A DNA stretch of 63,716 nt, counting the filler. It is 8 parts of 8 records of this genome, joined end to end, with 100 filler letters (N's around TTAATTAATTAA, not from the genome) between each part and the next. Parts side by side here need not be neighbours in the genome. Positions count along the whole stretch, not along the records: positions 1 to 13,217 come from SRR31147125_37011; positions 13,318 to 18,475 come from SRR31147125_37038; positions 18,576 to 28,402 come from SRR31147125_37056; 5 more parts are not named here. One strand, given 5' to 3'. The stretch's first letter is position 1. Every line of letters begins with the position of its first letter. The translations under genes and the position numbers were made by a program. The notes beneath the pieces are model-generated. The model was given only the letters and a program-made list of their open reading frames with translations. It ran no database searches and was not told where the DNA came from. Positions 12,268 to 21,406 of the stretch are shown one piece after another.

Positions 12268-12633
12268 TGGAGACGGTGGGAGTCGAACCCACGTCCGAAA
12301 GTCCGGCCATAGCAGCCTCTACATGTTTATTCTGTCGTTTTAATCTCAATCATTATTGCCACAACAGACAGGGCTAAAATGATCCAGCTCTGTAAAGTTT
12401 CGCTGTAAGTCCCAAAGCACTACTTTCAGCTATCTCTCTGTAATCGGCGTCCATCTCAAAACCCAGTGAGCACAATCTCAAGTGGACGTAGCCACCTAGT
12501 AATACTAGGCAGCTAATGCATAACTATAATTGTCTGCATTTAAATTTAGGTTCCAGATGATTTACGAGGTAACCGGAGTCCTCGACATGCAACTACTAAC
12601 ACCATGGCTCCCGTCGAAACCAATTTCGTCCCC
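12268..12633 (-). ncRNA. ssrA: tmRNA (SsrA)
   Basis: 5' GGGGACGAAATTGGTTTCGACG; 3' GTGGGTTCGACTCCCACCGTCTCCA; acceptor stem with G3:U; tag frame 12537-12505 encodes ADNYSYALAA*. Confidence 0.95.
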
Positions 12634-12846
12634 ATAATTGTAAAAGAACACATTAAAATATAGTCATATTTTACACAAAAAGCAACGGCGAAATTTATTT
12701 CAACCGCGCCTGTTCCTGTTGTCGGTATATTTAACACACAAAGGGGGAGAATTGTTTCAAAAATGTGCTTTTTAAGGGAATCTATTCAAGGGAAGTTGAT
12801 GCTTAACATATTGTTATAGAAAGAATTACAAGTAAATAAATTCTGC

Positions 12847-12872
12847 GGCCCATGGGTTTCCAACCCAGGGCC
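12847..12872. repeat. Short REP-like palindrome
   Basis: GGCCC-a-TGGGTT-tcc-AACCCA-GGGCC hairpin in intergenic DNA. Confidence 0.4.
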
Positions 12873-12984
12873 TAAGATGAAACAAAGATATTGTATTAAA
12901 TGTATAAAAAACAGTACCTTGAAGTCAGTCTACCGACTGGCTGCTCCACTTTTATGGCCCACTGTCTTTTGACCACGCCCCCAA

Positions 12985-13015
12985 GTCATTCCCGCATGCT
13001 CCTGGCGGGAATCCA
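12985..13015. repeat. ATTCCC...GGGAAT-type palindromic repeat (dRS3/REP-like)
   Basis: GTCATTCCCGCatgctcctgGCGGGAATCCA; single copy in this window. Confidence 0.55.
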
Positions 13016-13217
13016 TTGCACTGTCATCTAAAATTCCAATAAATTTACTCGGCCCCCATACCGGAACAATATTAATTCCTGTTATCCACGTTATCCGTGA
13101 TCCATAAACAATAAAGCAATCCATTTTTATCAATCTCCAATAATTTGATTGACTTTCAGGGCAGGGGGAGTAAATTTATAAATATTATTACGCTTGAACG
13201 GTTTGCACAGTAATTTT

Positions 13218-13317
13218 NNNNNNNNNNNNNNNNNNNNNNNNNNNNNNNNNNNNNNNNNNNNTTAATTAATTAANNNNNNNNNNNNNNNNNNNNNNNNNNN
13301 NNNNNNNNNNNNNNNNN
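13218..13317. other. Artificial contig spacer
   Basis: N-run + TTAATTAATTAA + N-run, 100 nt. Confidence 0.97.
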
Positions 13318-13339
13318 GGTTCGAATCCCTCCCTCTCCG
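13318..13339 (+). tRNA. 3' end of a tRNA-Ser-type gene (truncated by contig start)
   Basis: GGTTCGAATCCCTCCCTCTCCG is a T-loop plus 3' acceptor strand, followed by a terminator; its first 19 nt match the end of tRNA-Ser(CGA) at 18457-18475. Confidence 0.75.
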
Positions 13340-13342
13340 CAT

Positions 13343-13383
13343 AAAGCCAATATGAAACAAATATTATTTCATATTGGCTTTTT
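13343..13383 (+). terminator. Intrinsic terminator
   Basis: AAAGCCAATATGAAA...TTTCATATTGGCTTTTT. Confidence 0.7.
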
Positions 13384-13439
13384 ATTTGAATTGAAAATGT
13401 ATTACAGACGAATTGATACGTGAAAAAAAGGATAACGTT

Positions 13440-14954
13440 TTGAGTAAAGTTCGAGTGAGATTTGCACCAAGTCCTACCGGTTTTGTTCATATAGGTAGTA
13501 TGAGAACAGCATTATATAATTATCTGTTTGCCAAAAATATGGGTGGAACGTTTGTTTTGCGAATAGAGGATACGGATCGTGCTCGATTTGTGGAGGGCGC
13601 TGTTGAGAATCTAATAAGCGCACTAGAGTGGGCTGGTTTGAATCCGGATGAAGGTCCGCAGCACGATGGCGATTATGGCCCGTATTTTCAGTCACAACGG
13701 ACAGAAACTTATGTAAATTATGCCCGTCAACTTATTGATAAAGGTTATGCTTATCTTGCTTTTGATACTCCGCAGGAATTGGAAGCCATGCGAAATGATT
13801 TAAGGTCTAAGGAGAATCCTGCACCGACCTATAATTATATGGTTCGCAACCAGATGCGAAATAGTCTGGTAATGAGTTCAGAAGAGGTTCAGGCAGAATT
13901 AGATGCCGGGACGCCCCATGTTGTTCGTTTGTTCGTGCCGGAGAATCGGCAATTTGAGTTTCAGGATATAATTCGTGATGTTGTTAAATTTGACAGTCGA
14001 CAGGTGGATGATACTGTTTTGATAAAATCAGATGGTTTTCCTACTTATCATTTGGCAAATGTTGTAGATGATCATCTGATGGAAATATCTCACGTTATTC
14101 GTGGAGAAGAGTGGCTCAGTAGTGTTCCTAAACATCTGTTGTTATATGAATATTTTGGCTGGCAGCCACCCATGATGGCCCATTTGCCACTTATTTTTAA
14201 TCCTGATGGAACAAAGATGAGCAAACGCAATATAACATCTTTGGATGAATTGCCTTCCGGTAAAGTAGATCCTGATATATCCACGTATATTAACAATGGT
14301 TACGACAAGGAAGCCATACTGAATTATATTGCTTTGTTGGGATGGAATCCCGGTAAAGGTGATGAACGTCAGGTTTTTTCAATGGAAGAGCTCGTTAACG
14401 AGTTTTCGCTTGAACGTGTGAACAAGTCATCAGCCATTTTTGATATTCAAAAACTCAATTGGATAAACGGTGAACATTTATCCAAACGGGATACAACTTT
14501 ACTGGCATCAGCGATCAAGCCGGAACTTGAAAAGAGAGGATTGGACTATTCCTCAGAATCGTATTTGAATAATGTCATAGATTTATTGAAATCCCGAATC
14601 CGATTTACACACGAATTGATTGCATTTGGTACCTATTTTTTTACTGATCCTACAGAGTATGATGCAAAAGGTGTAAAAAAACGCTGGAAAGGCGATTCGA
14701 AAAAATTAGTACTTGAATTTTGCAAAGAAATTTCTATATTAGAGGATTATAATAAAGAAACAATCGAAGAGACGGTTAGAAAAGTAGCTGAAAAGAATAA
14801 AGTCGGTGGTGGCAAGATAATCCATCCTGTGCGACTATGTGTAACCGGAACGAGTGTTGGGCCAGGATTGTTTGAAATATTGGAATTGTTAGGTCAGGAA
14901 AACGTGACAAGGCGTCTTAAAAAGGGCGTTGAGCGGCTTGCTGATTTATCCTAA
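13440..14954 (+). CDS. gltX: Glutamate--tRNA ligase
   Basis: RVRFAPSPTGFVHIGS (HIGH-like), LRIEDTD, HVIRGEEW, KMSKR; probable TTG start at 13440. Confidence 0.95.
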   Translation: MSKVRVRFAPSPTGFVHIGSMRTALYNYLFAKNMGGTFVLRIEDTDRARFVEGAVENLISALEWAGLNPDEGPQHDGDYGPYFQSQRTETYVNYARQLIDKGYAYLAFDTPQELEAMRNDLRSKENPAPTYNYMVRNQMRNSLVMSSEEVQAELDAGTPHVVRLFVPENRQFEFQDIIRDVVKFDSRQVDDTVLIKSDGFPTYHLANVVDDHLMEISHVIRGEEWLSSVPKHLLLYEYFGWQPPMMAHLPLIFNPDGTKMSKRNITSLDELPSGKVDPDISTYINNGYDKEAILNYIALLGWNPGKGDERQVFSMEELVNEFSLERVNKSSAIFDIQKLNWINGEHLSKRDTTLLASAIKPELEKRGLDYSSESYLNNVIDLLKSRIRFTHELIAFGTYFFTDPTEYDAKGVKKRWKGDSKKLVLEFCKEISILEDYNKETIEETVRKVAEKNKVGGGKIIHPVRLCVTGTSVGPGLFEILELLGQENVTRRLKKGVERLADLS

Positions 14955-14960
14955 ATAAAC

Positions 14961-15031
14961 TGGGGAGTCGTCCAGTGGCAGGACACATGACTCTGGATCA
15001 TGGAACCGGGGTTCGAATCCCTGCTCCCCAG
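14961..15031 (+). tRNA. tRNA-Gln(CTG)
   Basis: TGGGGAG/CTCCCCA acceptor; anticodon arm CATGA-CT-CTG-GA-TCATG; GGTTCGAATCC. Confidence 0.95.
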
Positions 15032-15037
15032 CTAAAT

Positions 15038-15081
15038 AAAGAAACGGTTGTCATTTGAAATAATGGTAACCGTTTTCTTTT
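15038..15081 (+). terminator. Intrinsic terminator after tRNA-Gln
   Basis: AAAGAAACGGTTG...TAACCGTTTTCTTTT. Confidence 0.55.
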
Positions 15082-15243
15082 TGCATCTGGATTGATTTAT
15101 TTTATTGGTTTGACAAAAACGGAATTATAAAATTCCAGGTCAATTTTTAGTTGTAGATTTTTATGAAATTGATTAATTTAAAAGTTTGATATATACCAGG
15201 AAAACGGAACGTGTGACAGGATAAAATTTAAGGTCTATGTAAA

Positions 15244-16983
15244 ATGAAATTATCCAAAGATAAAGAGAATGAAAATAAAAATGCCGCAAATGATAACGGT
15301 ACTGAATTGACGCCGCACTTTATTCGTAATATTATCAAGGCGGACCTGGAGAAGAATAAAAACGATAGCCGTGTGCATACACGGTTTCCTCCGGAACCCA
15401 ACGGATATCTTCATATTGGCCATGCAAAATCTATATGCCTGAATTTTGGTGTAGCTGCGGAGTTTGGCGGTAAATGTAACCTGCGATATGATGATACGAA
15501 TCCCATCAAAGAAGAGGTTGAATATTTAGAGGCTATCGAAAGAGATGTTCACTGGCTTGGCTTTGATTGGGGCGAGCGAAAATTTTATGCCTCTGACTAT
15601 TTTGAAAAACTTTATGAATTTGCCGTTCAGCTTATCAAGGATGGCTATGCGTTTGTTTGTGATTTAAACGCGGAACAGATGCGGGAATATCGTGGTACTT
15701 TAACAGAACCAGGTAAGGAGAGTCCATACCGGAATCGCACCAGGGAAGAAAACCTTGACCTGTTCGAGCGTATGCGGTCCGGAGAATTTGAGGATGGATC
15801 TCGTGTACTCAGAGCCAAAATCGACATGGCCTCTCCAAATTTGAACATGCGTGATCCGGTTATCTACCGTATTCTCAAGGCAGAGCACCATAGAACCGGA
15901 GATAAATGGTGTGTTTACCCAATGTATGATTTTGCTCATGGTCTTTCTGATTCAATTGAGGGAATTACGCATTCAATTTGTACTCTTGAGTTTGAAGATC
16001 ATCGCCCATTGTATGATTGGTTTCTGGAAAAGTTAAATGTCTTTCACCCACAGCAAATAGAATTTGCTCGACTGAACCTTAGTTATACAGTTATGAGTAA
16101 GCGTAAGCTTTTGCAATTGGTTAAAGAGGAATATGTTTCCGGTTGGGACGATCCCCGTATGCCAACCATTGTGGGATTAAGAAGACGTGGCTATACACCG
16201 GAATCTATTCGTAATTTTTGTGAGCGAATTGGCGTGGCGAAAAGAGACAGTATGGTTGATGTCGCCTTGCTGGAGCACACACTGCGTGAGGATCTAAATA
16301 AGCGAGCACCGCGAGTAATGGGTGTTTTACGTCCACTCAAGGTCGTTATCGATAATTTTCCGGAAGATCAGGTTGAGGAGATGGATGCCATAAACAATCC
16401 CGAAGATCCGAGTGCGGGAAAGCGAAAGGTTCCATTTTCAAAAGTGCTGTATATTGAGCAGGAAGATTTTTGTGAAGATCCACCGAAAAAGTTTTTCCGT
16501 CTGGCTCCAGGGCGGGAAGTAAGGCTTAGATACGCTTATTACATCACATGTGTTGATGTTGTTAAAGATGAAAAAACGGGTGAAATAATAGAGGTCCATT
16601 GTACTTATGACCCTGAGACTAAAGGAGGATCATCTCCGGATGGTAGAAGAGTCAAAGGAACGTTGCATTGGGTGTCTGCAGCTCATGCGATCGAAGCAGA
16701 GGTGCGCTTGTATGATCACCTTTTAATGAATGCGGAACCCAATAATGACAATAATGGCGGTGATTTCAAGTCTAATTTAAATCCAAATTCACTGCAAATA
16801 TTGACCTCATGTCAGGTTGAGCCGAGTCTTGCTGACGCAGAGCCTGAATCTCGTTACCAGTTTGAGCGACAGGGTTATTTTTGTGTGGATTCCGTTGATT
16901 CGTCTAAAGAGAAACTTGTATTCAATAGAACGGTATCTCTGCGTGATACCTGGGCAAAGATCCAGAAAAAGGCACAATCATAA
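15244..16983 (+). CDS. glnS: Glutamine--tRNA ligase
   Basis: [40 protein letters not shown]. Confidence 0.96.
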   Translation: MKLSKDKENENKNAANDNGTELTPHFIRNIIKADLEKNKNDSRVHTRFPPEPNGYLHIGHAKSICLNFGVAAEFGGKCNLRYDDTNPIKEEVEYLEAIERDVHWLGFDWGERKFYASDYFEKLYEFAVQLIKDGYAFVCDLNAEQMREYRGTLTEPGKESPYRNRTREENLDLFERMRSGEFEDGSRVLRAKIDMASPNLNMRDPVIYRILKAEHHRTGDKWCVYPMYDFAHGLSDSIEGITHSICTLEFEDHRPLYDWFLEKLNVFHPQQIEFARLNLSYTVMSKRKLLQLVKEEYVSGWDDPRMPTIVGLRRRGYTPESIRNFCERIGVAKRDSMVDVALLEHTLREDLNKRAPRVMGVLRPLKVVIDNFPEDQVEEMDAINNPEDPSAGKRKVPFSKVLYIEQEDFCEDPPKKFFRLAPGREVRLRYAYYITCVDVVKDEKTGEIIEVHCTYDPETKGGSSPDGRRVKGTLHWVSAAHAIEAEVRLYDHLLMNAEPNNDNNGGDFKSNLNPNSLQILTSCQVEPSLADAEPESRYQFERQGYFCVDSVDSSKEKLVFNRTVSLRDTWAKIQKKAQS

Positions 16984-17058
16984 GCAGACATTTTATCAGG
17001 TTCTGTAGCCTGACGAGAGTTCAGTATAATGTGTCTCGTTAATTGATTTGTAAAAAAG

Positions 17059-17580
17059 GTGTTTTATTTGAAAAAAAATTTTTTTGGTATAGTGGCGTGC
17101 ATGGTTTTAGCAGCTGGCATGTTGGGTTGTGAAAAATCATCTTCAAAGGTGAGTGATGAAGTATCTGTAGAGAAAAACGTTTATGATGAAAAAGCAGATG
17201 CTGAACTGGACATCCAAAATGCGATTGCCCTGGCCGGCAAGGAAAACAAAAGAATATTGCTCGTATTTGGAGCAAACTGGTGTCCATGGTGCTTGCGATT
17301 GCATCACCTTATTGAATCGGATGAAGAGATTAATAGTTTTCTGCATAATCATTACCAACTTTTATTAATAGATTTAGGACGGCGAGACCATAACATGGAG
17401 ATCGATGCACGTTATGGTCAGCCTAATAAATTGGGTATCCCGGCGATCGTGGTTCTTGACAAAGATGGTACTCAATTACATACACAGGAAACAGGCTCAT
17501 TGGCATTTCCTGAAGATCATGCACAGAAAGGTCATGATCCCGTCAAAGTGATGCTGTTTTTAAAGAAATGGGCCTTATAA
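17059..17580 (+). CDS. Thioredoxin-family lipoprotein
   Basis: Lipobox-like MLGC; FGANWCPWC active site. Confidence 0.8.
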   Translation: MFYLKKNFFGIVACMVLAAGMLGCEKSSSKVSDEVSVEKNVYDEKADAELDIQNAIALAGKENKRILLVFGANWCPWCLRLHHLIESDEEINSFLHNHYQLLLIDLGRRDHNMEIDARYGQPNKLGIPAIVVLDKDGTQLHTQETGSLAFPEDHAQKGHDPVKVMLFLKKWAL

Positions 17581-17720
17581 TCAAGACATGTTATAAATTA
17601 TATATATATTACAAACAAAAAATATATAATGAAGGAATAGTGTTTTACTAAAACTGTTACATCAAAAAAGTTGACTTTTTGTAATAGAGTTTGTATATTT
17701 ACAGGCTTTGAAATAATTAA

Positions 17721-17793
17721 GGCGCGTTCGTCTAGGGGTCCAGGACGCCGGCCTCTCACGCCGGTAGCACGGGTTCGAATCCCGTACGCGCTG
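17721..17793 (+). tRNA. tRNA-Glu(CTC)
   Basis: Anticodon arm CCGGC-CT-CTC-AC-GCCGG; T arm ACGGGTTCGAATCCCGT. Confidence 0.93.
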
Positions 17794-17821
17794 CACGATT
17801 AAAATGTTATTGTTTTCCTAT

Positions 17822-17895
17822 GCGCTCGTAGCTCAATTGGATAGAGCATCTGGCTACGGACCAGAAGGTTGGGGATTCGAGTTCCTCCGAGCGCG
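17822..17895 (+). tRNA. tRNA-Arg(ACG)
   Basis: GCGCTCG/CGAGCGC acceptor; anticodon arm TCTGG-CT-ACG-GA-CCAGA. Confidence 0.93.
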
Positions 17896-17914
17896 CTCTT
17901 ATATTGGCTCTTGT

Positions 17915-18369
17915 ATGGAAAACCACAGTAAATGGATGGAGTTTGCGCTTGAAGAAGCGCGAAAAGCATTAGAAAAAAAGAAGTACCTATAGGCGCGGTG
18001 GTAGTTCACGAGGGCCGGATTATTGGACGAGGGCACAATTTAGTAGAAACACTTCAAGATCCCACCGCACATGCCGAAATATTAGCCATCACCGCTGCAT
18101 CAAATATTCTGGCCTCATGGAGGCAGGAAGAATCCGTTTTATATTCTACTCTTGAACCGTGTTCGATGTGTGCAGGGGCTGTTTTATTGGCGAGGATACC
18201 ACTTGTGGTTTATGGAGCGAGTGATCCGAGGTTTGGCGCGTGCGGAAGTGCCATCCAGGTTGCCAACAGTGACAATTTGGATGTTAAAACCAGGCTTGTT
18301 AAAGGTGTTTTAGAAACACAATGTTCGCACATTATTAAATCTTTTTTTAATGAATTGCGCAATCATTAA
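17915..18369 (+). CDS. tadA: tRNA adenosine(34) deaminase (frameshift in A-run at ~17975)
   Basis: MENHSKWMEFALEEARKA joins EVPIGAVVV with one extra A; AHAEI and LEPCSMC zinc motifs. Confidence 0.9.
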
Positions 18370-18391
18370 GGTAATCTATTTCACTTTTGTT

Positions 18392-18475
18392 GGAGAGGTG
18401 CGAGAGTGGTTTAATCGGGCGGTCTCGAAAACCGTTGTGCCCCTTCGGGTACCGAGGGTTCGAATCCCTCCCTCT
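18392..18475 (+). tRNA. tRNA-Ser(CGA), 3' end truncated
   Basis: GGAGAGG start; anticodon arm GCGGT-CT-CGA-AA-ACCGT; long variable arm; GAGGGTTCGAATCCCTC. Confidence 0.93.
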
Positions 18476-18575
18476 NNNNNNNNNNNNNNNNNNNNNNNNN
18501 NNNNNNNNNNNNNNNNNNNTTAATTAATTAANNNNNNNNNNNNNNNNNNNNNNNNNNNNNNNNNNNNNNNNNNNN
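18476..18575. other. Artificial contig spacer
   Basis: N-run + TTAATTAATTAA + N-run. Confidence 0.97.
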
Positions 18576-19050
18576 TTTTTTTTGGGGGCTGTAGATATAT
18601 GTCCCAAACCAAAACGCCATTGAAGTAATAGCTTCCTTCCCACAATATGGACATTCATAAAATTTCAATATTCTATTTCACTGAATAATATGATGTGTAG
18701 ATCTGGATAACTTACATGGATAGATAGCTATAGCTGAATAACATGAAAATATGAATTATATCCGGATCTTGATAATTCCATTTAAATTCTTTTCAATTTG
18801 GAGATTAATCATCCTCTGCCGAAAATTGCAACAGTCAATTTGATGTCCTGTTAAATTCCCGTTTCAAAAAAAACAAAAAGGCAGAATCTACATTGTACCT
18901 GCTTTTTCCGGGAGTAAGCAGCCCCAGGCGTATATATGTTTTGTTTCCCAAGCCCGGGCTTAATATCGAATAAAAAGCAAAATCGGAAAAAATCAATCAA
19001 CTTCTTCTGTATTATCCATGACAGTAAGCGTTTTTAAACCAAGGGAATCA

Positions 19051-19187
19051 GGCCTTGGGCGGGAGGGGCTCATCCGCGGCGTGAGGACTCCGGCTGCCAG
19101 GACGGCATAAGACGGCAGTCCGTTCGCTTTTTAGCGGGTCAGGACAACCCGCGAAAATTTAGCGGTGAGCTCCTTCCGCCCAAGGCC
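19051..19187 (+). other. GC-rich multi-hairpin element (structured RNA or REP/MITE-like)
   Basis: A 26-bp outer stem (two G:U pairs, one bulge) encloses TGCC-AGGAC-GGCA and GCGGGT-CAGGACA-ACCCGC hairpins. Confidence 0.55.
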
Positions 19188-19390
19188 GGGGTTGCGGCAC
19201 CCCCTCAAAAGTCTAAATAAGCTTAGCCCCTGCCAGCCCCTCCTTCAGTGCCTGCGGGGAGGCCTTTTGGAATAACGATCTGGATGTCAATGCCATGCGG
19301 GCCCGGGAAGATTAAAACTCTTGGATTTTTTAAAAAAGGAATGTTAACTTCCTACCTTTAAAAAATCTCAGGATCAAAGGTGGATTTACA

Positions 19391-20824
19391 ATGACAAAAA
19401 AACTATTGCTTCTTCTGGTGATGATAATCGGCTCTGCCGTCAATATATCAGCAGCGACAAAAACCATAGATTCGGTTGACAAGGCGATCGAGATTCTCAG
19501 GCAAAATCCTGAAGAGATCTTTCCTCCGGCCCATTTTCTGGATCAGGCAGGTGAAGCATCTGTTGGCCCCCTGATTAAAATTGTCAATGAGTATTATTCC
19601 GGCGGTAAGGTCGTGAAACGGGTCGCAACATATGCGGCAGTGGTGTTAAACAATATCGGGGACCCGTCAATAAATCCCTTGATCAAAAACTATCGAACAT
19701 TCGGCAAAGGCTTGGACAATGAAAATTGTTACCAGATAGTGCTTGAGTCCATGGGGGTGGATCTGGACAAACTGGATCTTTGGTACGCCCTTACCCAGAA
19801 AATTCCCACCCATGACATCATGCCCGTTGGCAGGATTATAAATAACCATATAAGCCCGTCAAAATATTATTACATTCTGTGGGAAAATTGTGAAGGATCA
19901 GAATCCCTGGGCAAACCAAGAATAGGCGACACCATTGTGTTGTTGCATGACCGGATAGTACCGAATAAAAAAAATAGTTTGGAACGGGTAAAGGTTAAGT
20001 TTATTAATGTTGATAATCCCAAGCTCAGAGCCCATCAGGGCTGGGTGTATCCAAGCATCGTCAGTTTTAAATTTGATAAAAACAAGAAATATATCTACTC
20101 AGGAGAGCGGTATCTTGACAATACCAAGATTGATAAAAAATACGACATTGCAAGGCAGATAGACTCTTCAGCCGCCTACGAGTATTTCCTGAGGCAATAC
20201 GGCGGTTCGCCGGCCAAAGAAAAAGCCATTGAACGGATTATTGCGGTATGCAGAAAAAAAGGCCGGCTGGATGATTATATTAAGGCATTTCAATACAGCC
20301 AGGATAAAAACGACATAAAAAAGGCCTATCAGCTGGCCCAAAATACAGAAGAAAAAACCAGAGCCGAAGCCGGTCTCGTAAAAGGACTGGATCATGCTTC
20401 AGTATTCAGGTTCGATCTGATTGACAATAATAACCCAGGCAAATCAAAGGCTGTTTTTCAGGATGCCAATGTATTCAATATAGGGGCGTCAAGCATCGCG
20501 CGTAAAAATATTATTAAGGAATTTCGCCTGGCAAGCAAAATCCCCCTTGAATATGGCCAGTATGATGTGAAGGTTGTCTTTCACCTTAACCTTAAATATA
20601 AGGCGAACAATCTTTTATATTCCAGTGACCTTAATGTTCAAAAACATTGTTTGGCCAAATACCGCATTGACCGATCAAACAAATACAAAGACACCCAGAA
20701 GATTCAATTTAAAGAAATATTAACCAGTGCAAAAAGCAGTGCATTTGGAATAAAGGCCGGAGGGGCTGAACTGAAAGATGCGCAAATTTCCTATGAAATT
20801 CTGGAAATTAAACCTGTTTTATAG
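19391..20824 (+). CDS. Secreted hypothetical protein, 477 aa
   Basis: Signal peptide MTKKLLLLLVMIIGSAVNISA; long clean ORF; no family recognised. Confidence 0.75.
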   Translation: MTKKLLLLLVMIIGSAVNISAATKTIDSVDKAIEILRQNPEEIFPPAHFLDQAGEASVGPLIKIVNEYYSGGKVVKRVATYAAVVLNNIGDPSINPLIKNYRTFGKGLDNENCYQIVLESMGVDLDKLDLWYALTQKIPTHDIMPVGRIINNHISPSKYYYILWENCEGSESLGKPRIGDTIVLLHDRIVPNKKNSLERVKVKFINVDNPKLRAHQGWVYPSIVSFKFDKNKKYIYSGERYLDNTKIDKKYDIARQIDSSAAYEYFLRQYGGSPAKEKAIERIIAVCRKKGRLDDYIKAFQYSQDKNDIKKAYQLAQNTEEKTRAEAGLVKGLDHASVFRFDLIDNNNPGKSKAVFQDANVFNIGASSIARKNIIKEFRLASKIPLEYGQYDVKVVFHLNLKYKANNLLYSSDLNVQKHCLAKYRIDRSNKYKDTQKIQFKEILTSAKSSAFGIKAGGAELKDAQISYEILEIKPVL

Positions 20825-20837
20825 GGGAGACGCGAAC

Positions 20838-21338
20838 ATGCCCATATCTAAAACCCAGCCCATGGTTATGGCAATACTTATTTTCGCAATATTGCTGCCG
20901 GCCCACCCGGTTTTATCCCAAGACCCGGACTTTGATAAAATTTTTTCAGAAACACCGTCAAAGGACAAACAAAAATTCAGGCTGGAAAAGTCAGAATATG
21001 TGGATTCAATTAAAGCCAATCAAAAAAGAATAGATAAACATGCGAATCAGCAGGCTGAAAAAATCGGCAGATTCCTTAACGACATTGGCAAAGCCGGTGC
21101 AACCGGTTATACCAATCCTCCGGATGAACCCAAGGCGGCCCCTTCCCATCTGAAAACAGCGCCCAAAGGGGTCAAACGCGTATACAGGGAAGATAGATAT
21201 ACGATCATTGTCTGCAATGACGGCAGGATAAGAAAAGTCTATCATGATAATAATGGAAAATGCACGATTCCAAGTACATTTGGGGCGACATATTCCTGTG
21301 ACTGGGCGATAAAAGACACCATGAAAGGCTGCAATTGA
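20838..21338 (+). CDS. Secreted hypothetical protein with Cys-containing C-terminus
   Basis: GGAG RBS before ATG 20838 (MPISK...); signal-like ILIFAILLPAHPVLS; four C-terminal Cys. Confidence 0.65.
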   Translation: MPISKTQPMVMAILIFAILLPAHPVLSQDPDFDKIFSETPSKDKQKFRLEKSEYVDSIKANQKRIDKHANQQAEKIGRFLNDIGKAGATGYTNPPDEPKAAPSHLKTAPKGVKRVYREDRYTIIVCNDGRIRKVYHDNNGKCTIPSTFGATYSCDWAIKDTMKGCN

Positions 21339-21406
21339 AAAAAAGACGCCTATCCGGGCGTTGAAAAGGACCGCAGCACCATTGAGAGGCAGGCGGTAAA
21401 AGAGCC

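Noticed and set aside
12546..12737. Short ORF overlapping ssrA, and similar ORFs over tRNAs (13266-13490, first part of 17804-17992)
   Set aside because: They overlap RNA genes or spacers; spurious.
18576..18670. Possible CPYCG zinc-ribbon mini-gene running off the contig start (minus strand)
   Set aside because: About 30 codons, truncated, with no clear start; too little evidence.
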